Below, piece by piece: positions 40,248 through 50,187 of a stretch of DNA of 64,000 nt. The notes beneath the pieces are model-generated. The model was not told the DNA's origin. It saw nothing but the letters and a program-made list of their open reading frames with translations, and did no database searches. The position numbers were made by a program, and so were the translations under genes. Position 1 is the first letter of the stretch. Each line of letters starts with the position of its first letter. The stretch is taken from contig JAOAJF010000001.1 of assembly GCA_026414325.1 (NCBI GenBank), positions 36,090-100,089 on the forward strand. The letters run 5' to 3'. The DNA is from Candidatus Micrarchaeota archaeon. GTDB lineage: Archaea > Micrarchaeota > Micrarchaeia > Anstonellales > Anstonellaceae.

Positions 40248-40961
40248 CTAAATTTTATTTTGTTTATCTGTCTTTAGCATTTTCATAATAATCGAATAGG
40301 CCTTTGGGCTATCCTCTTCTTTTACTATTATAAGCAATTCTGTTAAGGTAGAAACAATCTGATAAATATTTATTTCCTCCCAGCTTAGATAGCTTATTAC
40401 CCAATCAAAAAAACCAGGCTGATAGAGTATCTCCTTACCAAATCTCAAAACTATTACAGACAAATCCTGCTCAACATTTAATTTTTTTTCATCTGCTAAA
40501 ATTTTCATAATCTTTTCATAGTACTTTTCTTGAGCAACGATGGTTAGCTCATGAGTAGATTGAGTTATACTAAATATATCTGTTATCTGGCTAGAGCACT
40601 CCTGCTGTATTTTTTCTATTTTTTTGACTAAACTTTCATTTTTTCTTAAATCAATACAAAACACTTTTGTTTTTAATCCAACCTCTATATTTTTTAGCTC
40701 AATTTTTTCTTTTAGCGCAGATTCTTTTTTTCCTAACTTCTCTCTTACTCTTGAAATAGCCATTACTAGCGCAGCCTGTTGTACTTCTTTTCCAAGCTCT
40801 TTTTCAATAGGTTCTTTTAAGTATCTTGCTAATTTATGATAAGAAATTATGTCTCTTTCTAAGCATTTTTTTAATGTTAAATTATTTTTAATATAATTTT
40901 CAACTAAATGAGAAATAGTTGGCATATTGTTATATTCATAACAAAAAGTTAAAAAGCTCAT
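40248..40961 (-). CDS. hypothetical protein (237 aa)
   Basis: ORF only; convergent with upstream gene. Confidence 0.35.
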   Translation of the reverse strand: MSFLTFCYEYNNMPTISHLVENYIKNNLTLKKCLERDIISYHKLARYLKEPIEKELGKEVQQAALVMAISRVREKLGKKESALKEKIELKNIEVGLKTKVFCIDLRKNESLVKKIEKIQQECSSQITDIFSITQSTHELTIVAQEKYYEKIMKILADEKKLNVEQDLSVIVLRFGKEILYQPGFFDWVISYLSWEEINIYQIVSTLTELLIIVKEEDSPKAYSIIMKMLKTDKQNKI

Positions 40962-41021
40962 TGCTTTATTTTTTTTAACTTAGCTAAAAATTAATATAAA
41001 TTTTTTCAATTATATATTTCC

Positions 41022-42644
41022 ATGCCAAAAAAGCTTAGTAAAACTAAATATATTTTTATATTGGGTTCAATAATGTCTGGCTTAGGTAAGGGAATTCTTT
41101 CTTCTTCTATAGGAAAAATCTTACAAAGCTGCGATTTTAGCATCTGTCCAATAAAATTTGATGGCTATCTAAACGTAGATTGTGGTACTATGAACCCACT
41201 AAGGCATGGAGAAGTGTTTGTACTCGAGGATGGTACTGAATGTGATATGGACCTTGGAACTTATGAAAGATTTTTAAACATCTCTCTAAATTCTCAAAAT
41301 TCAATAACTGGTGGAAAATTATTTAAAAAAATAATTGAAAAAGAGAGGGCTGGGGGCTATCTTGGAAAAGATGTGCAATTTGTCCCACATCTAACAAACG
41401 AAATTAAAAGTTGGATAAAAAAAGCAGCTGAAGATTTTTCTGCAGATTTCTGCCTTGTAGAAGTTGGTGGAACTGTTGGTGATTTAGAAAATGGCTATTT
41501 TATAGAAGCAGCAAGGCAATTAGCTCAAGAACAAAAAGGAGATGTTCTTTTTATTCAATTAACCTATATTCCATTTTTATCTTCCGGAGAGGCAAAAACA
41601 AAACCAACTCAGCATTCAAACAGGCTTATCACCTCTTTAGGGGTTCATCCAGAAATAATTATTTGTAGAACAGAAGAAAAACTAAACAAAGAAGCAAAAG
41701 AAAAAATCTCGCTTTATTGTAATGTTGAGCCAGATTGTATTTTCGAAGACCCCAAATTAGAATATTTGTACGAACTTCCTTTAGTATTAGAAAAGCAAGG
41801 CTTTAGCTCAATACTATTAAAAAAATTTAATTTAGAGCCAGTTCAACCAAAATTAGATAATTGGAAAAAAATTTTAGATAGATTAGCAAATCCAACCCAG
41901 ACTGTAGATGTTGCAATAACAGGAAAGTACACTGCTGTGGTTGATGCTTATGCTTCAATTAAAGAAGCCTTGGTTCATGCTTCTGCAAAACTAGGAATAA
42001 AAACAAAAGTAGATTTTGTTGACACTGAAGGCTTAGAAAATAACAAAGACCCAAATCAATTGCTACAAAAATATAATGGAATTATTGTTCCAGGGGGTTT
42101 TGGCTCAAGAGGTGTGGAGGGAAAAATAAAAAGTATAGAGTGGGCAAGAATAAATTCAATTCCATTTTTAGGATTATGTTTTGGTATGCAGCTTATGGTA
42201 ATTGAATATGCAAGAAATGTGGCTGGTTTAAAAAATGCAAATTCTACAGAAGTTGATCCAAACACTCCTCATCCAGTTGTTGATCTTTTGCCTTCTCAGA
42301 AAAAAATTACGCAAAAAGGAGGAACGATGCGTTTGGGTAGTTGGGAATGTATTCTAAAGAAAGGAACTAAAGCAGCTTTAGCCTACTCTAAAGAAAGAGT
42401 ATTTGAAAGACATCGCCATCGCTATGAGGTAAACAATGCTTATACTGAGATTTTAGAAAAGGCAGGTCTGATTTTTTCAGGCACTTCTGCTGATGGAACG
42501 ATTATGGAGATGGCTGAATGGCCTACTGGTTGGGGTGTTGCGACTCAGGCTCATGCAGAATTCACTTCAAGACTAGAGCAGCCTTCAGCTTTATTTGTAG
42601 CCTTTTTAGAAGAATGTTTAAAAAATAAAAAAGCAAAAAGCTAA
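41022..42644 (+). CDS. pyrG: CTP synthase
   Basis: N-terminal YIFILGSIMSGLGKGILSSSIGKIL, glutamine amidotransferase GLCFGMQLMVIEYARN with catalytic Cys; 540 aa. Confidence 0.9.
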   Translation: MPKKLSKTKYIFILGSIMSGLGKGILSSSIGKILQSCDFSICPIKFDGYLNVDCGTMNPLRHGEVFVLEDGTECDMDLGTYERFLNISLNSQNSITGGKLFKKIIEKERAGGYLGKDVQFVPHLTNEIKSWIKKAAEDFSADFCLVEVGGTVGDLENGYFIEAARQLAQEQKGDVLFIQLTYIPFLSSGEAKTKPTQHSNRLITSLGVHPEIIICRTEEKLNKEAKEKISLYCNVEPDCIFEDPKLEYLYELPLVLEKQGFSSILLKKFNLEPVQPKLDNWKKILDRLANPTQTVDVAITGKYTAVVDAYASIKEALVHASAKLGIKTKVDFVDTEGLENNKDPNQLLQKYNGIIVPGGFGSRGVEGKIKSIEWARINSIPFLGLCFGMQLMVIEYARNVAGLKNANSTEVDPNTPHPVVDLLPSQKKITQKGGTMRLGSWECILKKGTKAALAYSKERVFERHRHRYEVNNAYTEILEKAGLIFSGTSADGTIMEMAEWPTGWGVATQAHAEFTSRLEQPSALFVAFLEECLKNKKAKS

Positions 42645-42686
42645 TTTTTAAATATTTTCCTTGCTTGTTTATTTGTAGGTGATCCT

Positions 42687-43385
42687 TTGCGCAAGCTAAA
42701 AAGAAAGCAACTAAAAGAGCAATATTTACAAAAAAACTATTTTAAAAATATTTTACCAAAAATTTCAAGAAAAGTAGAAAAAAACATAAAGAAAATAGAA
42801 GAAGATATCGATCAATTAAAAGCTAAGGGCGATGAAAACATTAAAAAAACATTGAAAGCATTAAAAAAAGCCTCAAAAATCTTGCAGCAAGCAAAAAAAT
42901 CAAAAATATCCCCATTTTTTATTTCCCCTGATCTTGCACTAAAAAACTTTTCTATTTCTCAGGAAGTTAGCAAAAAATTAGAAGAAAGTTTACAACAAAA
43001 AATAGAACTAAAAAAAGAAATAGAAAGTGGTTTGATTGATTCTCCAATTCCAAAAAGAGTTTCGCTATTAGAACGAATAAAACGAGCAGTGTTTTTAATT
43101 ATTAGAAGAATTGCTGCCCTTCTTAATTTACTTCAACGCTCAAATGTACCTCTAACTCAAACAGGAAGAAAAGCTTTAGAGCAGCTTAGAGACTTATACA
43201 ATCTTCTACTTTTAGAATTTTATGATGAAGAAAGCTTAGCTGCTTTAAAAATAGCCTATGGAGAAGCATGCTTTTATATAACTGAAGCTTCAAGGCAGTA
43301 TTACAAAAAACACAAAGGAAAAGGACGAGAAAATTATCAGGAATACTTTGATAGGTTTGTAAAATCAATCAATTCCATTCAATAA
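42687..43385 (+). CDS. coiled-coil hypothetical protein; start codon uncertain (TTG in track)
   Basis: K/E-rich heptad-like sequence; no ATG near 5' end. Confidence 0.3.
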   Translation: MRKLKRKQLKEQYLQKNYFKNILPKISRKVEKNIKKIEEDIDQLKAKGDENIKKTLKALKKASKILQQAKKSKISPFFISPDLALKNFSISQEVSKKLEESLQQKIELKKEIESGLIDSPIPKRVSLLERIKRAVFLIIRRIAALLNLLQRSNVPLTQTGRKALEQLRDLYNLLLLEFYDEESLAALKIAYGEACFYITEASRQYYKKHKGKGRENYQEYFDRFVKSINSIQ

Positions 43386-43454
43386 ATAAAACAGCCAACT
43401 TGGGCCTAAAGAGAAAATTTTTAAATTTCTTTCTTTTTATTTTTATGTGGTTAT

Positions 43455-43961
43455 ATGCCAGGCTCAATTTTTAAAAATATAAAAAACAACTTTTTGAGAA
43501 CTCTGCTAGAAGTTTTAGTAAGTGCAATTCCTGGAACGATTATTCTAAGCTTTTTTATTTTTCTTATAGGTCTGCTTAACATATTTTTTAATCTTTCTGA
43601 AGCAAATGATATAACCATATTTTTTTATTTTCCAGTTGTTTGTATTCTCCCTCTAATCATTGGGATTTTAGCCCCACTAATCTTAGAAAAAGTACAAGGA
43701 ACTGAAACTATTAATCTAAAACTTTCTTTTTTGGTCTCATTTATCTCTTCATTTGTTGGCTCGACTGTTTCCTCCTTTATTTTAATGGTGATTGGCTTTG
43801 GGTTTGGCTCCTTTAAACCATTTGGTTTTGCTCCAGAAAATTTTCTTCCTTCTCCATTTGGTTTAATTGTTGGTAGTTTTATTTTGGTTTTTAGCTCAGT
43901 TTTTCTTTCTTTATTAGGTACTGCTATTTACATAACACTCTTGAAAAAATTAGAAGGCTAA
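43455..43961 (+). CDS. polytopic membrane protein, unknown function
   Basis: 4-5 hydrophobic helices; first of three co-directional membrane-protein genes. Confidence 0.35.
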   Translation: MPGSIFKNIKNNFLRTLLEVLVSAIPGTIILSFFIFLIGLLNIFFNLSEANDITIFFYFPVVCILPLIIGILAPLILEKVQGTETINLKLSFLVSFISSFVGSTVSSFILMVIGFGFGSFKPFGFAPENFLPSPFGLIVGSFILVFSSVFLSLLGTAIYITLLKKLEG

Positions 43962-43962
43962 A

Positions 43963-44217
43963 GTGGGATTTATGGCACAAATTTTAGATATTGTAGGGGA
44001 AATAAAAAATACCTTGATTCAATTAGGTCCAAACATAGCAATAATTTTAATAGTTCTTTCAGGTATTGTCTTTGGTCTATCTTATATCCAACCAGCTTCT
44101 CAAAGAGGGCAGCTGCAATCAGTAGCAATTGGGCTGTTTGTTGGAGGAGTGATTATTGCAGCTCTCACTGCAGCAGCAGAAGCAATTGCTGGAACTTCAG
44201 CAAAACTTTTACTCTAA
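43963..44217 (+). CDS. small two-helix membrane protein (84 aa), VirB2/CedA1-like topology
   Basis: two hydrophobic helices separated by a short polar loop; 1-nt gap from upstream gene. Confidence 0.35.
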   Translation: MGFMAQILDIVGEIKNTLIQLGPNIAIILIVLSGIVFGLSYIQPASQRGQLQSVAIGLFVGGVIIAALTAAAEAIAGTSAKLLL

Positions 44218-44240
44218 AAGCAAATAAAAATTAATTTAAT

Positions 44241-45254
44241 TTGGTATATATGAATCAAATCCTAGTTCCTGGCCAAAACCTTATAGATCCGGCTTATCAG
44301 CTAGGACTATATCTAGTAGCAATTTCAATTATTTTAGCTGGTTTTATTTTAGGTATAGGAAAAGCCCTAGGCTCTAGAAAAATGCAAAGCTGGGGCATAG
44401 AAGAACTTACTCAAGCAATAATAAACGCAGCATTGTTGGGCGCATTAGTTTCCATCTCTGTAGTTTTATCTCAGCTAGCTGATAGTCTGGTTGGTACTCA
44501 GCCAGCATTTGAAAATTGTTCTTATCCAAATTTTCCATTGTTTATTCAAACAACACTCTGTGCTCAGGACAATATTTTATCAATCATTTATCAGTCTGTT
44601 TCTAAGTTAACTTTGGCTTCTTATCAGCTTGGCTCTTTAAGTACATTAACAATAAAGTTTAATGTTGTTGATTCTCTTCCACTTTTTTCTCTTCGTTATA
44701 TTTCTGAAAATTTTGCTTTAGTAGCAAAAGATTTTTTAAGCTGTGCAACAATACTTGAAACACAAAAACAATTTTTGTTTTTTATAGCCTCTAGTGGATT
44801 TTCTATTTTTCTTCCAATCGGACTTCTTTTAAGAATGTTTTTTATGACAAGAAAAGTTGGTGGAGCAATACTAGCTGGAGCAATCGGTTTTTATATTTTT
44901 TATCCATTGTTCTTACTTTCTTTAACTTTAAACGAAAAAAATATAGAGAATGTTTTTAGCAGCTTTTCAAAAGAAATAGATTCACTTATTTTATCCTCCT
45001 CTCCATTTCCACAAGTAGATTGGAACAAAGAGCAAGAGGTTCTAAATCTTTTTTTCAATTCTTTAGGTTCAAATCCTACTCTGGCATCTAAAACATCCTC
45101 AGTTCTAAGCCTCTCGAGCCAATTTTTAGGTATTATTCAGCTTCATAGCTATATTTTTGTATTAGTTAACATCAGCTGCAGCTTAATTTTTATTTATCAG
45201 CTTGCTTCTGTTCTTGGTTCAGAGTTAAATTTACAGCTTTTTGAAAATTTATAA
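44241..45254 (+). CDS. polytopic membrane protein (337 aa), unknown function
   Basis: multiple TM helices with large loops; third of membrane trio. Confidence 0.35.
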   Translation: MVYMNQILVPGQNLIDPAYQLGLYLVAISIILAGFILGIGKALGSRKMQSWGIEELTQAIINAALLGALVSISVVLSQLADSLVGTQPAFENCSYPNFPLFIQTTLCAQDNILSIIYQSVSKLTLASYQLGSLSTLTIKFNVVDSLPLFSLRYISENFALVAKDFLSCATILETQKQFLFFIASSGFSIFLPIGLLLRMFFMTRKVGGAILAGAIGFYIFYPLFLLSLTLNEKNIENVFSSFSKEIDSLILSSSPFPQVDWNKEQEVLNLFFNSLGSNPTLASKTSSVLSLSSQFLGIIQLHSYIFVLVNISCSLIFIYQLASVLGSELNLQLFENL

Positions 45255-45263
45255 AGTGAGTTT

Positions 45264-46091
45264 ATGATAAGATTTGGCCCTGCTGGAGTTCCGCTTTCCT
45301 CACCTTCTCCTTCAACAAAAGACGGAATAATTACTTGTGCAAAATTAGGGCTTAAAGCAATGGAAGTAGAGTTTGTTCATGGAGTGAAAATCCAGCTTTC
45401 AGCAGCAAAAGAATGCTATAGCATTGCAAGAGATTTAGATATAAAACTCTCTATTCATGCTCCTTATTATATAAATCTCTGCTCACCAAAGCAGTATGTA
45501 TTAAAAAATTCTTTTAGGCATATCTCTCAATCAATAGAAGTTGGTCATTATCTTAAAGCAAAACCAATAGTTATACACAGTGGGTTTTATCTAAACCAAA
45601 GTTCAGAGACTTGCACCAAATTAATAAAACAACAATATAAAAATTTGATAGATTATGCAAAAAACAATAATTTTGAGTTTTTATTAGGCCCAGAACTTAC
45701 TGGAAAGAATTCAGCTTATGGGACTTTAGAAGAATTAACAGAGTTGGCCTCATTTTTTGGCATTGAGCAATTAATTCCTGTTTTAGATTTTGCTCACTAT
45801 CATGCTCGTATTTCAAGGCTAAAAACTAAAGACGATTATAAAAAAATTTTAGATTTTTGTGAAAAAAAATTAGGCCAAGAATTTTCAAAAAACCTTCATA
45901 TTCATTTTAGTGGAATTGAGTATAGTGATAAAGGAGAAAAAAAGCATCTACCAGTTTCTTCTAATTCACCTCCCTATAAACCCTTATTAGAAGTTTTAAA
46001 AGAGGGAGGCTATGGTGGAGTTGTAATTTGTGAATCCCCTCTTTTAGAAAAAGATGCTCTTATTTTACAAAAACAATATGAAAAAATTTAG
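45264..46091 (+). CDS. nfo: AP endonuclease family 2 (endonuclease IV-like, xylose-isomerase-like TIM barrel)
   Basis: IHAPYYINLCSP (like HDSYLINL), PELTGKN (like ENTAG), VLDFAHYHA (D..H ligands), LHIHFSG, VVICESP; divergent N-terminus. Confidence 0.6.
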   Translation: MIRFGPAGVPLSSPSPSTKDGIITCAKLGLKAMEVEFVHGVKIQLSAAKECYSIARDLDIKLSIHAPYYINLCSPKQYVLKNSFRHISQSIEVGHYLKAKPIVIHSGFYLNQSSETCTKLIKQQYKNLIDYAKNNNFEFLLGPELTGKNSAYGTLEELTELASFFGIEQLIPVLDFAHYHARISRLKTKDDYKKILDFCEKKLGQEFSKNLHIHFSGIEYSDKGEKKHLPVSSNSPPYKPLLEVLKEGGYGGVVICESPLLEKDALILQKQYEKI

Positions 46092-46092
46092 T

Positions 46093-47220
46093 TCAATTTT
46101 TTTCCTCCTTTTCTTCCTCTTCTGAGTGCAACTTTACTTTCCAGATTCTTGTTTTTCCTCCAGCAGCTGTGGTGCTATCTATAGAATAAATTAAACCTTC
46201 TTTTTCTAGCCTTTCTAGACGATTTCTAATTGTTCTCTGCTCAGAATCAGAAGCATTTAATTTTTCATAAATCTTTCCAGAGCTTATTCCCTCTTCTTGA
46301 GCTTCAACAATTATACCTAAAATTGTTTTGTCTATCTCATCTAAGTACTCTATTTTTCTAGCAAGTGGAACTTTAGCATATTTCATAGACCTATCTCTTA
46401 TCTTATAAACATGCTCTATTGTTATTTTTGAGCTATTTTCTTCCTCAGCTTTTTTTGCACTCGCCCAAAGCAAATGTATTGCAAATCTTGCATCTCCACC
46501 AGCCTTTGATGCTATTGCTGCACAAAGACCAATAATATCCTCATTATACGCTCCAGACCAGAGTGCAAGTTTTGCTCTCTCTTTTAATATATCTTTTAGC
46601 TGCAAGATATTATAAGGCTCAAATTTTATTGTATTATGAATCAAAGAGGAAGCAATTCTACTATCAAGTTTAGAGGCAAAATTTTCCATATTCGTAATTC
46701 CTATTACTGTGGCTTTTAAGTTCATTGATTCCTTTGCTCTTGCTAAATCATATAAAATCGATTCTTCAGAATTTGCAATTAATCTATCTATCTCGTCCAA
46801 AACCACTATTAATACATTTTCGTTTTTTCTAATAACTTCTGCTATTGTGGCTAGAAGCTCATCAGAAGCAAGTCCCCTTCTTGGACTCATGGAACCTAAA
46901 TCTATTACTATTTTACTTAAAATTCCAAATTTGGTGTAATTTTCCCAACAGTTTATGTATATACAAACTGGTTTTGTACTTACCTCAGTCAGCTGCTTTA
47001 GAATATACTTAATTGTAGTTGTTTTTCCAGTTCCAGGTTTTCCAATAAGAAGAATAGGGGCTGGTGTTTTTCCATATTCGGCATCTTTTAACATGTAGGC
47101 TATTTCTCTAATCTGGCTTTCTCGTCCTATAAGCTGTTCTGGTAAATAATCTGGCTTTAACACAGCCTCGTTTTTAAAAATACTTCTTCTACCGCTAAGC
47201 TCTTTAAATATATTTGCCAT
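46093..47220 (-). CDS. orc1: Orc1/Cdc6 replication initiator (copy 1)
   Basis: AAA+ Walker A LLIGKPGTGKTT, Walker B IVVLDEID, C-terminal winged helix; 375 aa. Confidence 0.85.
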   Translation of the reverse strand: MANIFKELSGRRSIFKNEAVLKPDYLPEQLIGRESQIREIAYMLKDAEYGKTPAPILLIGKPGTGKTTTIKYILKQLTEVSTKPVCIYINCWENYTKFGILSKIVIDLGSMSPRRGLASDELLATIAEVIRKNENVLIVVLDEIDRLIANSEESILYDLARAKESMNLKATVIGITNMENFASKLDSRIASSLIHNTIKFEPYNILQLKDILKERAKLALWSGAYNEDIIGLCAAIASKAGGDARFAIHLLWASAKKAEEENSSKITIEHVYKIRDRSMKYAKVPLARKIEYLDEIDKTILGIIVEAQEEGISSGKIYEKLNASDSEQRTIRNRLERLEKEGLIYSIDSTTAAGGKTRIWKVKLHSEEEEKEEKN

Positions 47221-47265
47221 AGTTTTATATCTTTCAAAAATATTATAACAATATGGGGTGAGTTT

Positions 47266-47823
47266 GTGGTGCTTTTAGAATCTGTTCAAAAACTTAAACC
47301 AGGAACAAAAGCTCCAGATTTTAAACTAAAGGCTACAGATAATAAAATTTATTCTTTGGCTAATTTTGAAGGCTCAAAGGCTTTGGTTATAATCTTTATT
47401 TGCAATCACTGCCCATATGTAAAAGCAAAAATAGCTAAGATAGTTCAGCTTGCTCTAAAGTATAAAAATCAAGGTGTGCAATTTGTTTTAATAAATCCAA
47501 ACAACAATCCAAATTATCCTGAAGACTCATTTGAAAACATGGTGAAATTTGCAAAAGAAAACAAAATTTTCTTCCCTTATTTATTTGATGAAACCCAAGA
47601 GGTAGCTAAATCCTATGGTGCAGTGTGCACACCCGATCCATTTGTTTTTGACTCTTCTTTTAAATTAGTCTATCATGGAAGAATTGATGATGCACATTAT
47701 CCATCGGCACAAAACCCAACTTCAGAAGATTTAGAAGAAGCAATTTTAGCTACAATAGAAGGAAAAAAATTAAACAAAAAATTTCTTCCTTCCAGAGGCT
47801 GTTCAATAAAATGGAGGGAATAA
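47266..47823 (+). CDS. thioredoxin-fold redoxin (AhpC/TSA/ResA-like)
   Basis: ALVIIFICNHCPYVKA with CxxC-like CNHC in thioredoxin-fold context. Confidence 0.55.
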   Translation: MVLLESVQKLKPGTKAPDFKLKATDNKIYSLANFEGSKALVIIFICNHCPYVKAKIAKIVQLALKYKNQGVQFVLINPNNNPNYPEDSFENMVKFAKENKIFFPYLFDETQEVAKSYGAVCTPDPFVFDSSFKLVYHGRIDDAHYPSAQNPTSEDLEEAILATIEGKKLNKKFLPSRGCSIKWRE

Positions 47824-47824
47824 A

Positions 47825-48598
47825 ATGGAGCTTTTTTTTCTTGGCACAAACGGCTGGTACTCTACAAAGACAGGGAATACTTCTTGTATTTTACTAAAAA
47901 CCCCAGATCGTTATATTGTACTCGATGCAGGGGATGGAATCTATAAACTCGATGAATTTATAACAAATAACAACCCAATAGATATTTTTTTGTCGCATTT
48001 TCATCTGGATCATATTTATGGTTTTCACATCCAGCCAAAGTTTCATCTTAAAAACAAAATCACAATTTATGGTCAGAAAAACACTAAAAAAATACTTAAA
48101 TTTTTTATAAACAAACCCTTCACCGCCCCAACAAAACTTTTAGAAAAAAAATTCGGCCTTTCTATTTCAATAAAAGAGTTGAAAGTAGGACAAAATTTTT
48201 TAGAAGGCTATAATGTAGTTGTTAGACCTTTAGTTCATGCAGATCCAACAATCGGCTTTAGATTTGTTTTAAATGAAAATAATAAAACAAAAATTGTCTC
48301 TTATTGTACTGATAGTGGGCCAACAAAAAACATAGTTTTTTTAGCAAAGAATGCAGATGTTCTAATAACAGAATGCTCTTTACTTGCAGAAGAAAAAATA
48401 AACCCTTTTTGGCCGCATTTAAATCCTCAAACAGCTGCCAAAATAGCTAAAGAAGCAAAAGTAAAAAAATTATTGCTTTCTCATTTTGCTGCTCATAAAT
48501 ACAAAACAAAGCTAGATAGACTAAAAGCACTAAAAACAGCAAAAAAAATTTTTCCAAACACTCTTGCAGCTTTTGATGGTCTACGTTTAAAATTCTAA
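47825..48598 (+). CDS. metallo-beta-lactamase fold hydrolase (possibly RNase Z-like)
   Basis: HFHLDHIYGF (HxHxDH) motif; ELFFLGTNGW N-terminus. Confidence 0.55.
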   Translation: MELFFLGTNGWYSTKTGNTSCILLKTPDRYIVLDAGDGIYKLDEFITNNNPIDIFLSHFHLDHIYGFHIQPKFHLKNKITIYGQKNTKKILKFFINKPFTAPTKLLEKKFGLSISIKELKVGQNFLEGYNVVVRPLVHADPTIGFRFVLNENNKTKIVSYCTDSGPTKNIVFLAKNADVLITECSLLAEEKINPFWPHLNPQTAAKIAKEAKVKKLLLSHFAAHKYKTKLDRLKALKTAKKIFPNTLAAFDGLRLKF

Positions 48599-48713
48599 AT
48601 TATTTTTTATTTTTATATTTGCAAAACTCAATATCTATTGTGCTTTTAAATCTTAAGCTACTAATATATATTATGCTTTTTATTTTTGAAAAAACTGGTT
48701 TTAAGGTGTGTTG

Positions 48714-49310
48714 ATGTTTTATTTATTAAAAGTAGAAGATAGAGTAAGATTTCCTGCAAAAGACTTTGCAATGGAACTAAAACCAGCACTTCTAAACATT
48801 GTTAGAGAAAAATATGAGCGAACAGTAGACAAAGACAACACAATAGTGCTTGCAGTATTTAATTTAGAGCCAATAAGCGATGGTTTGATTATTCCAGGTG
48901 ATGATGCAGCTTATTATGATGTGCGCTTTGATGCTCTAGTCTATAGGCCACAAATAAATGAGGTGGTGGAAGGAGCAGTATCTGAAGCAGTAGAATTTGG
49001 GGTATTTGTAGGTATGGGACCAATTGAAGGATTAGTTCATCTTTCACAAATAACAAATGATTTTTTAACTTATAATAAAAAGGCAGGCGCATTTGTAGCT
49101 AAAGAATCAAAAAAATCATTAAGAAAAGGAGATATTGTTTATGCTAAGATAACTACGATCTCTATGAAAGGGCCATTATCTGAAGCAAAAATTGGACTTA
49201 CTATGAGGCCTTTAGGTTTAGGTAAATTTGAATGGATAGAAAAAGAATTAGAAAAGAAAGCAGAAAAAGAAGGGGAAAAGAAAGGAGAAAAAGAAAAAAA
49301 GAAAAAATAA
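48714..49310 (+). CDS. rpoE: DNA-directed RNA polymerase subunit E (Rpb7 homolog) with unusual K/E-rich C-terminal tail
   Basis: MFYLLKVEDRVRFPAKDF N-terminus plus S1-like region; AAGGTG RBS then ATG 48714; tail KKAEKEGEKKGEKEKKKK. Confidence 0.75.
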   Translation: MFYLLKVEDRVRFPAKDFAMELKPALLNIVREKYERTVDKDNTIVLAVFNLEPISDGLIIPGDDAAYYDVRFDALVYRPQINEVVEGAVSEAVEFGVFVGMGPIEGLVHLSQITNDFLTYNKKAGAFVAKESKKSLRKGDIVYAKITTISMKGPLSEAKIGLTMRPLGLGKFEWIEKELEKKAEKEGEKKGEKEKKKK

Positions 49311-49322
49311 GTAGGGATAGTT

Positions 49323-49517
49323 ATGGTAAAAGTGGATAAAGAAACAAGAAGGATCTATGCAGATGATGATCCCTATCTTCAAAGCCCAGAAGCAAAAACA
49401 AAAGACTTTTCAGACAAATACTCTTCTTCAATCTATGTGATTGATGCAGAAAAATCTAAAATTGCAAAGTTTTTGGGATTTAATTCTCCAGGGCTTTATG
49501 CAATAAAAATTAAGTAG
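49323..49517 (+). CDS. spt4: Spt4-like (RpoE2) transcription elongation factor lacking zinc-ribbon cysteines
   Basis: C-terminal SSIYVIDAEKSKIAKFLGFNSPGLYAIKI resembles archaeal Spt4 (..NPEKSEIAK..GKYAL..); immediately follows rpoE as in most archaea; no Cys in the protein. Confidence 0.5.
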   Translation: MVKVDKETRRIYADDDPYLQSPEAKTKDFSDKYSSSIYVIDAEKSKIAKFLGFNSPGLYAIKIK

Positions 49518-49535
49518 TACTCTGTTGGTGATTTA

Positions 49536-49811
49536 ATGGGAAAGAAGCCAAGGGGACGAGAGAGGCTTGTCCAATGTGATGCATGTGGTAGAAGAATTCC
49601 CAAAGATAAATCAATAACAATTGATTCAGTAACAGTTTATGATACTGAATTTAAGGGTTTAACTGAAGAAGAAAAACAAAACGAAGTTAGAACAGTTATT
49701 CATGGCTCTAAAACCTATTGCATTTCTTGCGGAAAACACAGAAGAATATTTGAAAAGAAAAAAAAGCAAATGCAAAGAAAATCCAATACAAATCCATTTG
49801 AAAATCTATGA
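49536..49811 (+). CDS. rps26e: ribosomal protein S26e
   Basis: VQCDACGRRIPKDKSI and YCISCGKH match S26e signature (C..C.R.VPKDKAI ... YCVSCAIH). Confidence 0.6.
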   Translation: MGKKPRGRERLVQCDACGRRIPKDKSITIDSVTVYDTEFKGLTEEEKQNEVRTVIHGSKTYCISCGKHRRIFEKKKKQMQRKSNTNPFENL

Positions 49812-49853
49812 GTATGCTTTATTAATTTTTAGAATATAAATATTACTGATACT

Positions 49854-50183
49854 ATGTTGAAAAAAATAGAAGTTGGGGGTGATAATGCCTTGGGGGAGCA
49901 AACAATAATTTTTGAAGGAAAAAAATTTGTTGGCCTTTCTTTTGATTTAGGAAACCTACCCCTTCTAATTCTAAAATGTAAAAGAGGTTATATTGCCTGT
50001 TCCTATTTGGACAAAAAATCAGCAGAAAACTTAGGCGACGTTGCAGCATTTGTTTCAGGAGTAAAAAGTTTTGATGAGCTTTTTAGAGCAAAAATAAAAA
50101 CAATGACTGCGTGGGCAGAAGAGTTAGGCATACGAGAAGGAATGTCAGTAAAAAAAGCAATCGAGTTACTTGATAAAGACTAA
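49854..50183 (+). CDS. hypothetical protein, possibly DUF1805/YunC-like
   Basis: FVGLSFDLGNLPLLILKCKRGYIACSYLD resembles the conserved YunC-like core; low certainty. Confidence 0.3.
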   Translation: MLKKIEVGGDNALGEQTIIFEGKKFVGLSFDLGNLPLLILKCKRGYIACSYLDKKSAENLGDVAAFVSGVKSFDELFRAKIKTMTAWAEELGIREGMSVKKAIELLDKD

Positions 50184-50187
50184 TTTT

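Noticed and set aside
46709-46939. Small plus-strand ORF inside orc1 (76 aa) and similar ORFs inside the second orc1 (51665-51913)
   Set aside because: Antisense to well-supported Orc1/Cdc6 genes.
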